Made by a program: the position numbers and the translations under genes. A stretch of 64,000 bases of DNA from an uncultured Gammaproteobacteria bacterium (GTDB taxonomy: Bacteria; Pseudomonadota; Gammaproteobacteria; Steroidobacterales; Rariloculaceae): positions 2,559 through 66,558 of the forward strand of contig CAVUTF010000029.1 of NCBI GenBank assembly GCA_963744305.1, given 5' to 3'. This document shows positions 52,611 to 64,000 of this stretch, one piece after another (the stretch's first letter is position 1; each line of letters begins with the position of its first letter). The notes beneath the pieces were generated by a model. It had not been told where the DNA came from. It was given only the letters and a program-made list of their open reading frames with translations, and did no database searches.

Positions 52611-54021
52611 TCACTCTGCAGGCTGCAACTTCTCGTCGACCGCTTGCCAACCCCCGCCAAGGGCTTTGTACAGCAACACGAACACCAGTGCCGTGTCAGT
52701 CACGCTTTGTCAAGCTGATCCTGCGCTTCGAGCAAGCGGCGCTCGGCATCGAGCACCGTCAGAAAACTATCGGCGCCGTCCCGATAGCGTAAGCGAGCCA
52801 AATCTGCGCCTCTTGACTGGCTTCAGCAGCAACTTCGAGGCGCGCCTGGCGCGTTCGAGCGCTCGTGAATCCGAACAGCGCATTCTCGGCTTCCTCGAGT
52901 GCGATCAGGACCGTTTGCTCGTATCGCAACAGTGCGGCGTCCATGTTGGCATTCGCAACGTCGATGCTGGCGCGGACGCGCCCAGATCGAACGCTGGCCA
53001 ACTCAGGAACGGCCCTAACCTTGTCGCGCGTGTATCGCGATCGCCGAAGTCCGAGGACGACGTCAACAAGAACCCGACAGACCCCAACAACGAGACGCGC
53101 GGAAAGAGATCCGCAACCGCGATGCCGACACGCGCTGTCTCTGCTTGCAAGCTGTACTCCGCGAGGCGCACGTCGGAGCGTCTGCGCAGCAACCCGGCGG
53201 GGTCGCCGATGTCGAGGACTCGCGGTAGGGGCGGCAGCTCAGCGCTGGCCGCGAACACGGGCCCAAGCGCACTCGGGGATTCTCCCAACAACACGGCGAG
53301 ACGATGCAGGCCGGCGTTGATGTCGCGTTCGAGCGGCGGAATGCTCGCTAGTGTGGATTCGAGCTGGGCTCTCGCACGAGCGATATCGAGGTCGGTACCG
53401 CGACCGCCCGCGAGTAAGGCTTGCGTCAACTCGAACGTCTGTCGTTGGTTTTCCGCATTTTGCTGCGCCACGTCCAGGCGGTAGTGAGTGCCTTTGACCT
53501 CGAAATACGTTCGCGAGAGCTCGGCCGACACGATCACGAACGTATCGCGTAGGCCTTCCGTTGCCGCGTTCGCTTCCGCCACTGCCGCCTGTACCGACCG
53601 CCGCACGCGGCCGAAGAGTCGAGCTCCCATGTCGCATCAAGGCTCGCGTCGTAGATCGCTGTTCGCGGTCAGGCAGGGCTGAGGCCGCCGCACTGTCTTC
53701 CTGCTTGAGCGCGCTCAGCTGCGTCGTGGCTATCGGGTAACGTTCGAGCTTGCGCGCACCTAGCACGGCGCGTGCGGCGTGCAGGTTCGTCTCCGCAATC
53801 CGAATGTCGTGGTTGCGCAGCACCGTCGTTTCGAGCCACTCATCGAGCTGCGGATCGTTCAGCGTTCGCCACCAAGCGAGCACAGGTTCGGCTTCTGCGA
53901 ACACAGTGTCGTCTGTGGCCTCGAACACCGCGGCCGACTCCACCTCCGGCCGTTCATAGTCGGGTCCGACCGCGCAACCTGCGGAGTACGCCGTAGCGAC
54001 AAGGAAGAACCGGGGAATCAT
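52611..54021 (-). CDS. RND outer membrane factor lipoprotein (NodT/OprM type; frameshifts)
   Basis: AGCAVGPDYERP, WWRTLND, LLRRR.DVR.AE, IGIAVADLFP, LYKALGGGW. Confidence 0.92.
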
Positions 54022-57000
54022 CTGGGCGGTGGCGGAGAGGGCGTGGGGATCGGCGCATCCCCTTTGCCGCGACTCACGATGGAACGAATCACGACGTAGA
54101 ACACCGGCGTCAGAAACAAGCCGATGATCGTCACGCCGATCATGCCGCTGAACACGGCCGTGCCGAGGGACTGCCGCATTTCGGCTCCGGCGCCCGATGC
54201 CAGCACCAGCGGTACGACGCCGAGGATGAAAGCAAAAGAGGTCATCAAGATCGGTCGAAGCCTGAGCTGGGGCCGCGCGAGTCACCGCGTTGAACCGGTC
54301 TTCGCCCGCGTCCTCGCGTTGCTTCGCAAACTCGACGATCAGGATTGCGTTTTTGCATGCGAGGCCGATCAAAACGACGAAACCGATCTGCGTGAGGATG
54401 TTGTTGTCGAGCCCACGTAGCCAGACGCCCGCGAGCGCGAACAGAATGCACAGCGGCACGATCGCGATGATCGCGAACGGCAGCGACCAGCTTTCGTACT
54501 GGAACGTCAACAACAAGAAGATGAACAAGACGGCGAGCGGAAAAATCAGGAGGCCGGAGCTGCCGGCCAGTCGCTGTTGAAACGCGAGCTCCGACCACTC
54601 GAAGCTCAAGCCGGGCGGCAACAGCGTCGCCGCCAAGGACTCCATCGCCGTCAACGCTTCGCCGGAGCTGACCCCGGGCGCCGCGCTGCCCTGGATTTCC
54701 GTGGCCGTATAGAGGTTGTGGCGTACGACTCGGTCGGTGCCGGTCGTGTTGCGCACGGCGAGCACCGAACCAGCGGAACCATCGCCCCCGTGGAGCTTCG
54801 CGCGCGCAACCGTACAATGTCGGTCGGATCGAAACGAAACGGCCCGTCCGCCTGCGCCGTCACGCGATAGCTACGACCGAAAAGATTGAAATCGTTGACG
54901 TAGGTCGAGCCGAGATAGATCTGCAGCGTCTCGAAGATACTCTCGACCGGAACGTTGAGCATCTGCGCTTTGGTGCGGTCGATATCGAGGTAGTACTGCG
55001 GCGTCGTGGTGCTGAACGTGCTGTAGGTTTGTTGAACCAAGCCGCTGCGGTTGCCGGCGTCGACGACCTCGATCGTGCTCTGCTCGAGCGCCTTGAGCCC
55101 GCGGCCGGCGCGATCCTGCAGCATCATCTTGAAGCCGCCGGCGTTGCCGATGCCACGCACGGGCGGGGGTTCGACCACGAGTATTTGCGCGTCTTGAATC
55201 TCCGCGAGGCTTCCCCAAAGCTGCTGGACGACGCCGGTCGCCGTCTCCCCGTACGCTCGGCGAAAGGCTTGAGTCCCACGAAGATCGCACCCGCGTTCGA
55301 AGCATTCGCGAACGTGGCGGCGGAGAATCCGGAGAACGCTATGGAGCGATAAGTGCCCGGCGTGCGCAGCACGATCTCCGACGCCCGCCGCACGACTGCG
55401 TCCGTTCGCTCGAGCGACGCCCCTTTCGGCAATTCGATGATGACGATCGCATAGCCCTGGTCTTGCTGTGGAATGAAGCCTCGCGGCACGACTTGAAACG
55501 CGAGCGCTGTGAACGCGAGCAGGACGACGAACACGACGAGCGACATCGAAGGCCGGCGCGCGACCCTGCAAACCGCATCCGCGTAACCGGAGCTGAGCCT
55601 GTCGAATCCGGAGTTGAAGCGCCTAAAGATCGGCTCCAATAGTCGATCGCCTACTCGGCCGAAACCGGCGCCGCTGCCCGCGCCGTGCCGTAACAGGATT
55701 GCGCCGAGAGCCGGGCTCAGCGTGAGCGAAATGAACGCAGAGATCACGGTGGCGACCGCAATCGTCAAAGCGAATTGCCGAAAGAATTCGCCCGAGATGC
55801 CGCCGAGAAATGCCGTGGGGATAAAGACAGCGCTCAAGACCAATGCGATCGATACGAGCGCCGGCCCGACTTCGGTCATCGTGACGCGAGACGCTTCGCG
55901 GGCGCTCAAGCCGGCCTTCAGGTTCCGTTCGATGTTCTCGACCACGACAATAGCGTCGTCGACGACGATGCCGATCGCCAACACCAGACCGAACAGCGTG
56001 AGATTGTTCAGCGAGAACCCTAGCGCCGCCATCACGGCAAACGTTCCGATCAGCGAGACGGGGATCGCGACGATTGGGATTGCTGCCGCGCGCCAGGATT
56101 GCAGAAACAAGACGATGACCAAGATCACCAGCACGACGGCCTCGACGATCGTCGTGTAAACGGCATCCACGGACTGCTGAATGAAGTCGGTTGGGTTATA
56201 GACGATCCGGTAGGCGAGGCCGGCAGGGAAGCTTTCCGCGAGCTCGGCCATCGTTCGCTGGATGTCGTCCGACGTCGCGAGCGCATTACTGCCGGGCCGC
56301 TGAAAGATCGCGATCGCGATCGCGGGTTTGCCGTCGAGGTAGCTGTTGGTTACGTAGTCACGAGCACCGAGCTCGACGCGGCCGATGTCCTTGATTCGCA
56401 CGATGCTGTTCTCGTCGCTCTTGACGATGACATTCTCGAACTCCCCGGCTGCGATGAATCTGCCTTGCGTGTTGACGGCGACTTGAAACGCGGTGGACGA
56501 GGTCATGGGCGGCTCGCCCAGCGTGCCCCCGGCCACTTGTACGTTTTGCGCCCGTAGCGCCCGAACTACGTCACCGGCGGTCAGGCTTACATACGCCAAG
56601 CGATCGGGATCGAGCCAAACGCGCATGCTGTATTCGCGCGCTCCGAATACAACCAGGTTGCCGACGCCGTCGGTTCTCGCGAGCACGTCTCGCACTTGCA
56701 GCAAGGCGTAGTTGCTGATGTACAGGTCGTCGTACGTGCCGTCCGGTGACTCGAGGTGTACCACCATCATCAGATCCGGCGAAGCTCTTCGCCGTGGTTA
56801 TGCCGAGTCGCCGACTCCTCTGGCAAGCGCGGCTCGGCGACCGAGATGCGGTTCTGCACCATACTTGCGCCGTGTCGAGGTCGGTGCCGATCTCGAAGAC
56901 CACACTGAGGCTCATGACGCCGTCGCTGGTCGACTGCGACGTCATGTACAGCATCCGCTCGACGCCGTTTACCTCTTGCTCTATCGGTGTAGCGACCGTC

Positions 57001-57182
57001 TGCGCGACCACTTCCGCCGTCGCGCCGGGGTAGATCGCTCGAACGACGATCGTCGGTGGCGAAATTTCCGGATACTGCGAGACCGGCAAAGCGGTGTAGG
57101 CGATCAGGCCGACAATGACGATGAAAATCGCGATCACAGCCGCCGACCGCGGCCGATCGATAAAGTAATGCCCGATGTTCAT
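54018..57182 (-). CDS. RND efflux permease (HAE1, MexF/BpeF-like; frameshifts)
   Basis: FIDRP, QYPEISPP, YSMRVWLDP, AIGIVVDDAIVVVEN, IGLACKNAILIVEFA, MTSFAFILGV. Confidence 0.95.
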
Positions 57183-58394
57183 CGCCCTGGGGCGGATGAC
57201 GGCACGGGCTGGCTGGCGTCCCAAACCAGGCCCTGTCGCATCCGTCTCGGCGAACGTCGACCAACTGCGGATCGACCGCTACTCCCACGCGTACGCGTGG
57301 GAGCCCGTTGATGACCACACGATCTGTCGCCGTAAGACGCCCTCGATGAATCGTAGACTCCTTTCGATGCGCCCGACATTGACCAAGCGACGCTCTACGA
57401 TGTTGTCTTCACCCACCACATAGACGAACGCTTCGGACTGATCCGCGCCGATTGCCGCGTCCGGTATCAGCAGCGCTTCGTAAGGGCCGCGTCCCAGCAG
57501 CTGCACTGTCACGAACAGTCCCGGCGTCAGGAAGCCGTCGGTGTTCGCGAACAGGGCTCGGCCCTGGATGGTTCCGGATGCTTCATCGAGCGTGTTCGCG
57601 ACAAAGTCCATGCGTCCTTCGCGCGTAAACTGTTCTTCGTCGGCGAGCCGCATGCGGACCGGGTTGGCGAAATCGCGCGAGCTCGGTCGCGAGCCGTCGA
57701 GACTCAATCGGGAGTACTTCAGGTACTCCCGCTCGTCGCCGGTAAAGTAGACGTGCACGGGGTCCACCGAGACGATCGTCGTCAGTAACGTCGAGCCTTC
57801 GGTGCCGCCGCTGACCAGGTTGCCTCGTGTGACGTGCAATCGCCCGATGCGCCCGCCGATCGGGGCTTTGACTTGAGTGAAATCGACATTCAGCTGGGCG
57901 CCGCTGACCGTTGCCTCTGCCGTGCGAGCGCAGCGACCGCTTCACGCTGCTCCTGCGTTCGCGCATCCAGCTCCCTTCCGAGATCGCTCGTGACTGAAAC
58001 AGACGCTGAGCGCGTTCGCGATCGTTACTGGCGGGCTCCAACCGGATTCGTGCTCGCGTGACCTCCGCCGCCGCTTCCTGCAGGATTGCTTGATACGGCC
58101 GCGGATCGATGACGAACAATAGATCTCCCTCTTCGACCGTGCCGCCTTCAGCGAAGTGGATGGACTGCAGGAAGCCACTGACTCGCGCTCGTACTTCGAC
58201 GGATTCGACCGGCTCGATTCGGCCGGTGTACTCGTCCCAGTCCGTGATGTCTTCGGGGATCGGATGCGCGACGGTGACGACCGGCGCCGGGGCTTGCGGC
58301 TGCGCAGTCTGGCCCAGCCGGAAATGACATTGAGCACGTAGGCGGCGCAGAGCACGCCGGACGCACGAACCCAAGAGCGCGAACGGTCAAACAT
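57179..58394 (-). CDS. RND membrane fusion protein (MexE-like; frameshifts)
   Basis: WDEYTGRIE, VEVRARVSG, LLFVIDPRPY, TRGNLV, PGLFV. Confidence 0.92.
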
Positions 58395-58773
58395 AGTCGT
58401 CCAACGACCCTTCAATGTGAGTTGTCCGTCGCCGCGAACACGCCATGCGCGTCAGACCGGGTGGCAAAGGATCGCCCGAAAGGCCGACGTCGAAACTCGC
58501 CGAAGTTTGCGACCGGCACACGGCGGATGTCGCTTTCAATTGGACGATAACGCGTCTCTACCGGCGCGCCTATCACGTCTTTCTGTTAGGTACGCAACGC
58601 TTCACGTATACGAATGTCATCGTCAACAACAGAGACGATGTACCGCAGGTTCATCGCATGCTAGCGCTTACGCGCTGGACCCACCCATCATGGAAGTATG
58701 TGATACGCCACGAGCATGGAACCTCCTATGGTGAGTTTGCGGGGCTGTTCCAGCCCTTGAAGAGGAGTTCGCC

Positions 58774-59220
58774 ATGAACACGACAGCGGTGGATCGTCAG
58801 ACGCTTCCCGTCGGCGTTGAGACAGCGGGGACGTCTACGAGCGCACTTCGAAACGTCACCGAGCTCACCGGCCGGGTGCTGCTCGCGGCGCTGTTTCTCG
58901 TGACGGGGCTCGGGAAGATCGGGGGCTACGCGGCGACCGCCGGGTACATGGTCTCGGTGGGCCTGCCGAGCGCCTTGCTCCCCGCGGTGATCGCCACGGA
59001 AGTTCTCGGCGCCATCGCGATCGTCGTGGGTTGGAAGACGCGCATCACCGCGTTCCTGCTCGCCGGCTTCACGTTGCTGTCCGCGCTGATCTTCCACAAC
59101 GACTTCGGCGACCAGGTGCAGCTCGTGATGTTCCTGAAGAACGTGTCGATCGTGGGCGGGTTCCTGCTGCTTGCGGCGAACGGGGCGGGGCGGCTCAGCG
59201 TGGATGCCCGAGCAAGGTGA
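58774..59220 (+). CDS. DoxX family protein, copy 2
   Basis: Near-identical core to 52024-52485. Confidence 0.92.
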   Translation: MNTTAVDRQTLPVGVETAGTSTSALRNVTELTGRVLLAALFLVTGLGKIGGYAATAGYMVSVGLPSALLPAVIATEVLGAIAIVVGWKTRITAFLLAGFTLLSALIFHNDFGDQVQLVMFLKNVSIVGGFLLLAANGAGRLSVDARAR

Positions 59221-59295
59221 GCGCGCCGTCGCGGCGGGCGCGCAGCGGGACTCACCGACGCCGGTGGATAGGCCCAGACGTGAAGTGAGGAAGCT

Positions 59296-60060
59296 ATGGG
59301 AATACTCGACAAGAAGGTCGTGCTGATCACCGGCACCGGAGGAGGTCTGGGCCGCGTCGCGGCACAGACCTTTGCGCGAGAAGGCGCAAAGGTTGTCGGG
59401 TGCGACATCAAGGTTGATGGCAACAACGAGACGGTCGAGCTCATACGTCGCGTCGGCGGTGAGATGACTGGCATCGCGCCGATCGATCTCACCGACCCCG
59501 AACAGGCGCGGAAGATGGTTGACGATGCCGCGGCCGCATACGGCGGGCTCGATGTCGTCTACAACAACGCGGCCATACAATACTTCGGTCCGATGCCCGA
59601 TTTCTCTATCGATGACTGGCGAGCGACCATCACTGGCGATCTCGACATTCCCTTCTTCGTGTCGAAGTTCGCATGGCAGCACCTGGTCCGGCGCGGTGGC
59701 GGTGTGATCATCAACGTCGCGTCCGCGGCAGGTATGATCGCCCACGAGACCCCTCCGATGGTCGGGCACGTCGCAGCGAAAGCGGGCGTCATCGCCATGA
59801 CGCGACAATTGGCGCTTGAAGGCGCGCGCCATGGGATCCGTGCGGTGGCGATCAGTCCCGGGCCTTTCCTGACCCCGGCCGCCGACCGCGACCTCGGCGA
59901 CAACCAGGCGGTCCGGGACGCGATAACCAGAAAGACGCTTCTCAAGCGCTTCGGTCGACCCGAGGAGCTCGTGGAGCTCGCGGCCTTCATCGCTTCCGAC
60001 CGGGCGTCTTACATCACCGGCGCCAACTACCCGGTCGACGGCGGCGCGACCGCTTGGTAG
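59296..60060 (+). CDS. SDR family oxidoreductase (His in place of the catalytic Tyr)
   Basis: TGTGGGLG, NNAA, HVAAK at the YxxxK position, ITGANYPVDGG. Confidence 0.9.
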   Translation: MGILDKKVVLITGTGGGLGRVAAQTFAREGAKVVGCDIKVDGNNETVELIRRVGGEMTGIAPIDLTDPEQARKMVDDAAAAYGGLDVVYNNAAIQYFGPMPDFSIDDWRATITGDLDIPFFVSKFAWQHLVRRGGGVIINVASAAGMIAHETPPMVGHVAAKAGVIAMTRQLALEGARHGIRAVAISPGPFLTPAADRDLGDNQAVRDAITRKTLLKRFGRPEELVELAAFIASDRASYITGANYPVDGGATAW

Positions 60061-60283
60061 AGCCGCAACTGCGGGGAGATCTCCGGCTGCACGACACTTC
60101 CGGCAAGGTCAGCACTGCAATCAGATCGCTGCGGGCAACCGCCTTCGAGGACTCGGCTGAACCCAGGGATTATGATCTCGTCGGGCGATCTCGTTACCTT
60201 GGGCCATTCCGGACGGGGCTGACCCACGGACATCGGGACGTGGACTGTCATGCTCGGCGTCAAGGGCGTCGCGAAGGGGTCCT

Positions 60284-62878
60284 GTGCAGAACGAGCTCAC
60301 TTTTCGCCAGATCGTCGACGGGATTTCCGCCCTCGTTGCGGTCTTGACACCGGATGGAGCGGTCGAGCTCGTCAACCGCAAAGTCCTGGACTACTTCGGC
60401 AAGACGCTCGAAGAATTGCAGCAGTGGACGAGCACAGACGCCATTCACCCGGATGATCGTCCCGGCGCGATCGCCCTATGGAGGCGGTCAGTCGATAGCG
60501 GGCAACCGTACGACATGGAAGTCCGCCAACGCGGCGCGGACGGCGTCTACCGGTGGTTCCATGTCCAAGGTCTCCCTGTTCGGGACGCGGCAGGACGCAT
60601 TGTCCATTGGTACGTTCTGCAAACGGATGTCGATGAGCGCAAGCGCGCGCAGGAAACGGTACGCGAAAGCGAACGGGAGCTCCGCCACATCATCGATAGC
60701 ATTCCGGGGTTCGTATGTACCTTGAGTGCCACGGGCGAAGTCGAACTCCTCAACCGTCAGCTCCTGGAATACTTCGGCAAGACGATTGAGGAATTGAAGA
60801 ATTGGGTCCACTGGTGACGCAGTCCATCCGGACGATCTTCCTCGCGCCATCGACGCGTGGAGGCACTCGATCGAGACTGGGCACCCGTATGTTGTCGAGC
60901 TCCGCCAGCGGCGTGCCGATGGTGTGTACCGCTGGTTCCAATCTCGCGCTCTCCCGGCGCGCGATGCGGCAGGTCGCATCACCGGCTGGTACATGTTGGT
61001 CACGGATATCGATGACCGAAAGCGTGCGGAGGAAGCGCTGCGTCAGAGCGAACGTGAGCTCCGTGAGCTCGTCGACAACGTTCCGGGAATGATTGCTGTC
61101 GCCGATTCAAACGGTAAGAGCGAATACGTCAACAGACGCGCTCTCGACTATCTCGACACGACTACCGAGGGATTCAGGGATCGGCCCATGGACACCGTTC
61201 ACCCTGAAGACCAAGAGACGCTGAGAAACGCGTGGCTGCGGTCTAACCAAACCGGACAGCCCATGGACCTTGTTCATCGCGTTAGGCGCTTCGACGGAGT
61301 CTTCCGATTGGTCCACGTCCGGGGCGAGCCCCTTCTCGACGATCGAGGCCGGATCGTCCGCTGGTATTACGTGTTCACGGATATCGATGATCAAAGGCGG
61401 GCGGAGGAAGCGCTACGTGAAAGCGAACGCGAGCTCCGTCAGCTCATCGACAGCGTTCCCGGGATGATTGTTGTCGCCAATTCAGCCGGCCAACAAGAAT
61501 ACGGCAACAAACGTTTTCTCGATTTCACAGGAACGAACCTTGAGGAACTGACGGGTCTAGACGGTCTAAAACTCATTCACCCGGACGAGCAAGAGACGGT
61601 GACGAACGAGTGGCTGCGTTGTCACGCTCTTGGACAGCCGCTGGAACTCGATCATCGCTTGAAACGCTTCGATGGCGTCTACCGGTGGGTGCACGTCCGC
61701 ACGGATCCCCTCTTGGACGACCGAGGCCGGATTGTCCGCTGGTACGGCTTGCTCACAGACATCGATGATGAGAGGAGGGCGGAAGAGGCACTGCGCGAGA
61801 GTGAGCGACACCTGAGACTGCTCGTGGAGACGATCCCTGCTCTGGTCTCGCGCTCGAAACCGGACGGCGCGCTCGAGTATATCGACCGACGCGTTGTTGA
61901 GTATACCGGCCGGGAGTTGGAACAGATCGACTTGGACGTCATCCATCCGGACGATCAAGTCAGCCACGTGCAGAAATGGCATCGCGCGATGGAAACTGGA
62001 AAGCCTTGGGACGACACGTATCGCATCCGGCGCGCCGACGGAGCATATCGTTGGTTCTACGACAGGGTCGAGCCGTTGCGCGACGGAGACGGCCGAGTGG
62101 TGAGCTGGTATGCGGTGAAGATTGATATCCACGACACCAGGGAGATGGAGGAAGCACTGCGCAGCACGCGGCGAAAGCTGTCTGCTGCGATGCAGATCGC
62201 AACTGTCGCAGAGCTGTCCGCGTCCATTGCTCATGAAATCAACCAGCCGCTGGCGTCAGTCGTGACCAATGCTCACGCGGCCAAACGTGGCTGTCGCACG
62301 ATCCGCCGAATCTCGAGCGGGCGCACGCGACCCTCGGGCGGATCATCCGGGACGGGCATTCCGCGGCCGAAGTAGTGCGGAGAATTCGTGCCCTCTTCAA
62401 GGAGGCGGCACCGGTTAAGGCCCCCCTGGATCTGAACCAGATTGTCGTTGAGGTGCTCCGCGTGCTCTCAGACGAGCTTCGTGACAACAGCGTCATCGTT
62501 GAAAAGGAGCTGGAGGCTGATCTGCCGATGATCGATGCTGACCACGTCCAGATTCAGCAAACACTGATCAACCTTGTCCATAACGCAACGGAGGCGATGA
62601 GCGGGGTGACGGATCGCGCGAAGTCGCTCCTGCTCAGCTCACGGCGCCAGGGAGAAGAGCTCCTGATTCAGGTCCGTGACAACGGCTCCGGCATCAAGGA
62701 TCCGACAGTCATATTTGAACCGTTCTTCACGACGAAAGAGTCGGGCATGGGCATGGGGCTGTCCATTTCTCGCTCAATCATCGAGGCGCATGGCGGCCGA
62801 ATCTGGGCAACAGCGAACGAGGACGCCGGGACGGCAATCAGTTTTACTCTTCCGCTAACATCGGGCGGCTCGGCGTGA
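60284..62878 (+). CDS. Sensor histidine kinase with five PAS/PAC repeats (NodV-like; frameshifts near 60810 and 62280)
   Basis: Repeated HP(D/E)D...DG.YRW...DIDD.KRAEEALRESE; SIAHEINQPL, QQTLINL, DNGSG, FFTTK..GMGMGL. Confidence 0.93.
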
Positions 62879-62905
62879 GTCGAGGCTGCGAGCAGCTTCG
62901 GCCGA

Positions 62906-63298
62906 TCATGCCTCTCCCGTCGGACGTGCGCCCCCAGAGCTGTGCGGATGGCTGCAAGCAGTTGCTGGCCGTCAAACGGCTTTTCAAAGTAGCGATCGCG
63001 TTCGATGAGCGAGGAGTACTGCGCCCGAACCTCGGGACGCCCGGTAATCAGGATGACCGGCAACTCCGGCCGCTCCGACAGAGCCAATCGTCGCAGCTCA
63101 AATCCATCCATATCGGGCATGCCGATGTCGGAGATCAAGCAATCGATGCCGGACAAGCCGCCACGTTTCCAGACCATCTGTGGCCGACGAGTACAGGCGA
63201 ACATCGTAGCCAGCCGCCTCCAGCAAATCGGCAAGGGACTCGAGCGTCCGATGGTCGTCATCGACGACGGCCACCACGAATCTGGTGGATCTGGCCAT
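62906..63298 (-). CDS. Single-domain response regulator receiver (frameshift; 3' end uncertain)
   Basis: VVDDD, CLISDIGMPDMDG, ILITG, KPFD. Confidence 0.85.
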
Positions 63299-63299
63299 G

Positions 63300-63933
63300 T
63301 CATTGCTGCTTCCGGGGTTCGAGCGCGATGTTCAATTGCCCTGCCATTCGAACGAGATCGGCGAACGACTCCGCCGCCATCTTCTGCATGATCCGGCTGC
63401 GATGGATCTGGAGCGTGACTTCGCTGATGCCGAGCTCCACCGCCGCCTGCTTGTTCAGCAGGCCGCTGACGATCAATGGCAGGACCTGGCTTTCGCGCGG
63501 CGTGAGCGAAGCGTAACGCTGCTCCAGTCGAGCGCGTTCGGCGCTCTCTAGCCGCGCGTGACGGTCGCGCGCGATGGCCGCGTCGATCGCCGCCATGAGG
63601 TCCTCCTGGCTGAATGGTTTCGCCAGAAAGTCGACGGCGCCGTCCTTGATCGCGCGAACCGACGACGGGATGTCGCCGTGCCCGGTGATGAAGACGATCG
63701 GCGGGTGGTATGCGTCGCGCAAGCTGTCGTTGGAAATCCAGACCGCTGATGTCCGGCAGTTCCACGTCCAGAATGAGACAGGCCGGCACGTCGGGCTTCG
63801 CATACTCGACGTACTCGGCGACCGATCCGAATGTGACTGACGGCACGTCGAGCGATGTGAAAAGCTCACGCAACGCTTCACATAGGCGAACGTCATCGTC
63901 CACGACATAGACGATGTAGTCTTGTGAGCCCAT
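63300..63933 (-). CDS. FixJ/NodW-type response regulator (frameshift near 63720)
   Basis: VYVVDDD, CLILDVELP, FITGHGDIP, LTPRE, LLNKQ.A.ELGISEVT..IHR. Confidence 0.93.
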
Positions 63934-64000
63934 CAGGATCCTCGGGCGAAGGGATCGCGACATTGTCGCACGCACCGTCGAAATCTCGGATCCGACCTGT

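Noticed and set aside
58420..58770. ORFs in the MFP-DoxX divergent gap
   Set aside because: Lower-GC intergenic-looking DNA with no coherent protein signal; probably promoter region
890..62878. Programmed frameshifting or selenocysteine read-through as a general explanation of split genes
   Set aside because: Breaks are scattered 1-bp indels without slippery heptamers or aligned in-frame TGA at Cys positions
1..64000. CRISPR array, rRNA, tRNA, integrase, transposase, reverse transcriptase
   Set aside because: No regularly spaced repeats and no recognisable motifs by eye; a tRNA/ncRNA covariance scan was not possible, so small RNAs cannot be excluded

Overview
High-GC bacterial DNA from an accessory region with no housekeeping, rRNA, tRNA, CRISPR, integrase or transposase genes that I can recognise. 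The gene repertoire (TonB-dependent receptor, DUF6152-type secreted proteins, winged-helix/TolB/TPR regulators, PadR-linked orphan ABC permeases) suggests a Gram-negative soil-type organism, probably a gammaproteobacterium with Acidobacteria-like families; this is inference only. Many genes carry 1-bp indels that look like long-read consensus errors, so I rebuilt them across frames and some boundaries are approximate. Content: about 55 genes, including two tandem secreted paralogs, a stand-alone CTP-synthase glutaminase domain, a TBDR, three toxin-antitoxin operons (one duplicated), a di-heme peroxidase, three DUF6152-type proteins, two M20 peptidases, four ATPase-less duplicated ABC permeases with PadR regulators, LysR/pirin/DoxX, an RND efflux pump and a five-PAS sensor kinase with response regulators. 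The most striking unexplained structure is repeated direct-repeat bracketing of cargo: an 85-bp exact duplication of a gene 3' end, 33-35-bp duplicated gene tails, a 44-bp palindromic repeat, a duplicated TA operon and duplicated DoxX genes, plus orphan gene tails at convergent junctions, all with no recombinase in view. The second candidate system is a recurring module of a divergent regulator and a secreted protein whose predicted mature N-terminus is His-His (possible histidine-brace metal site).
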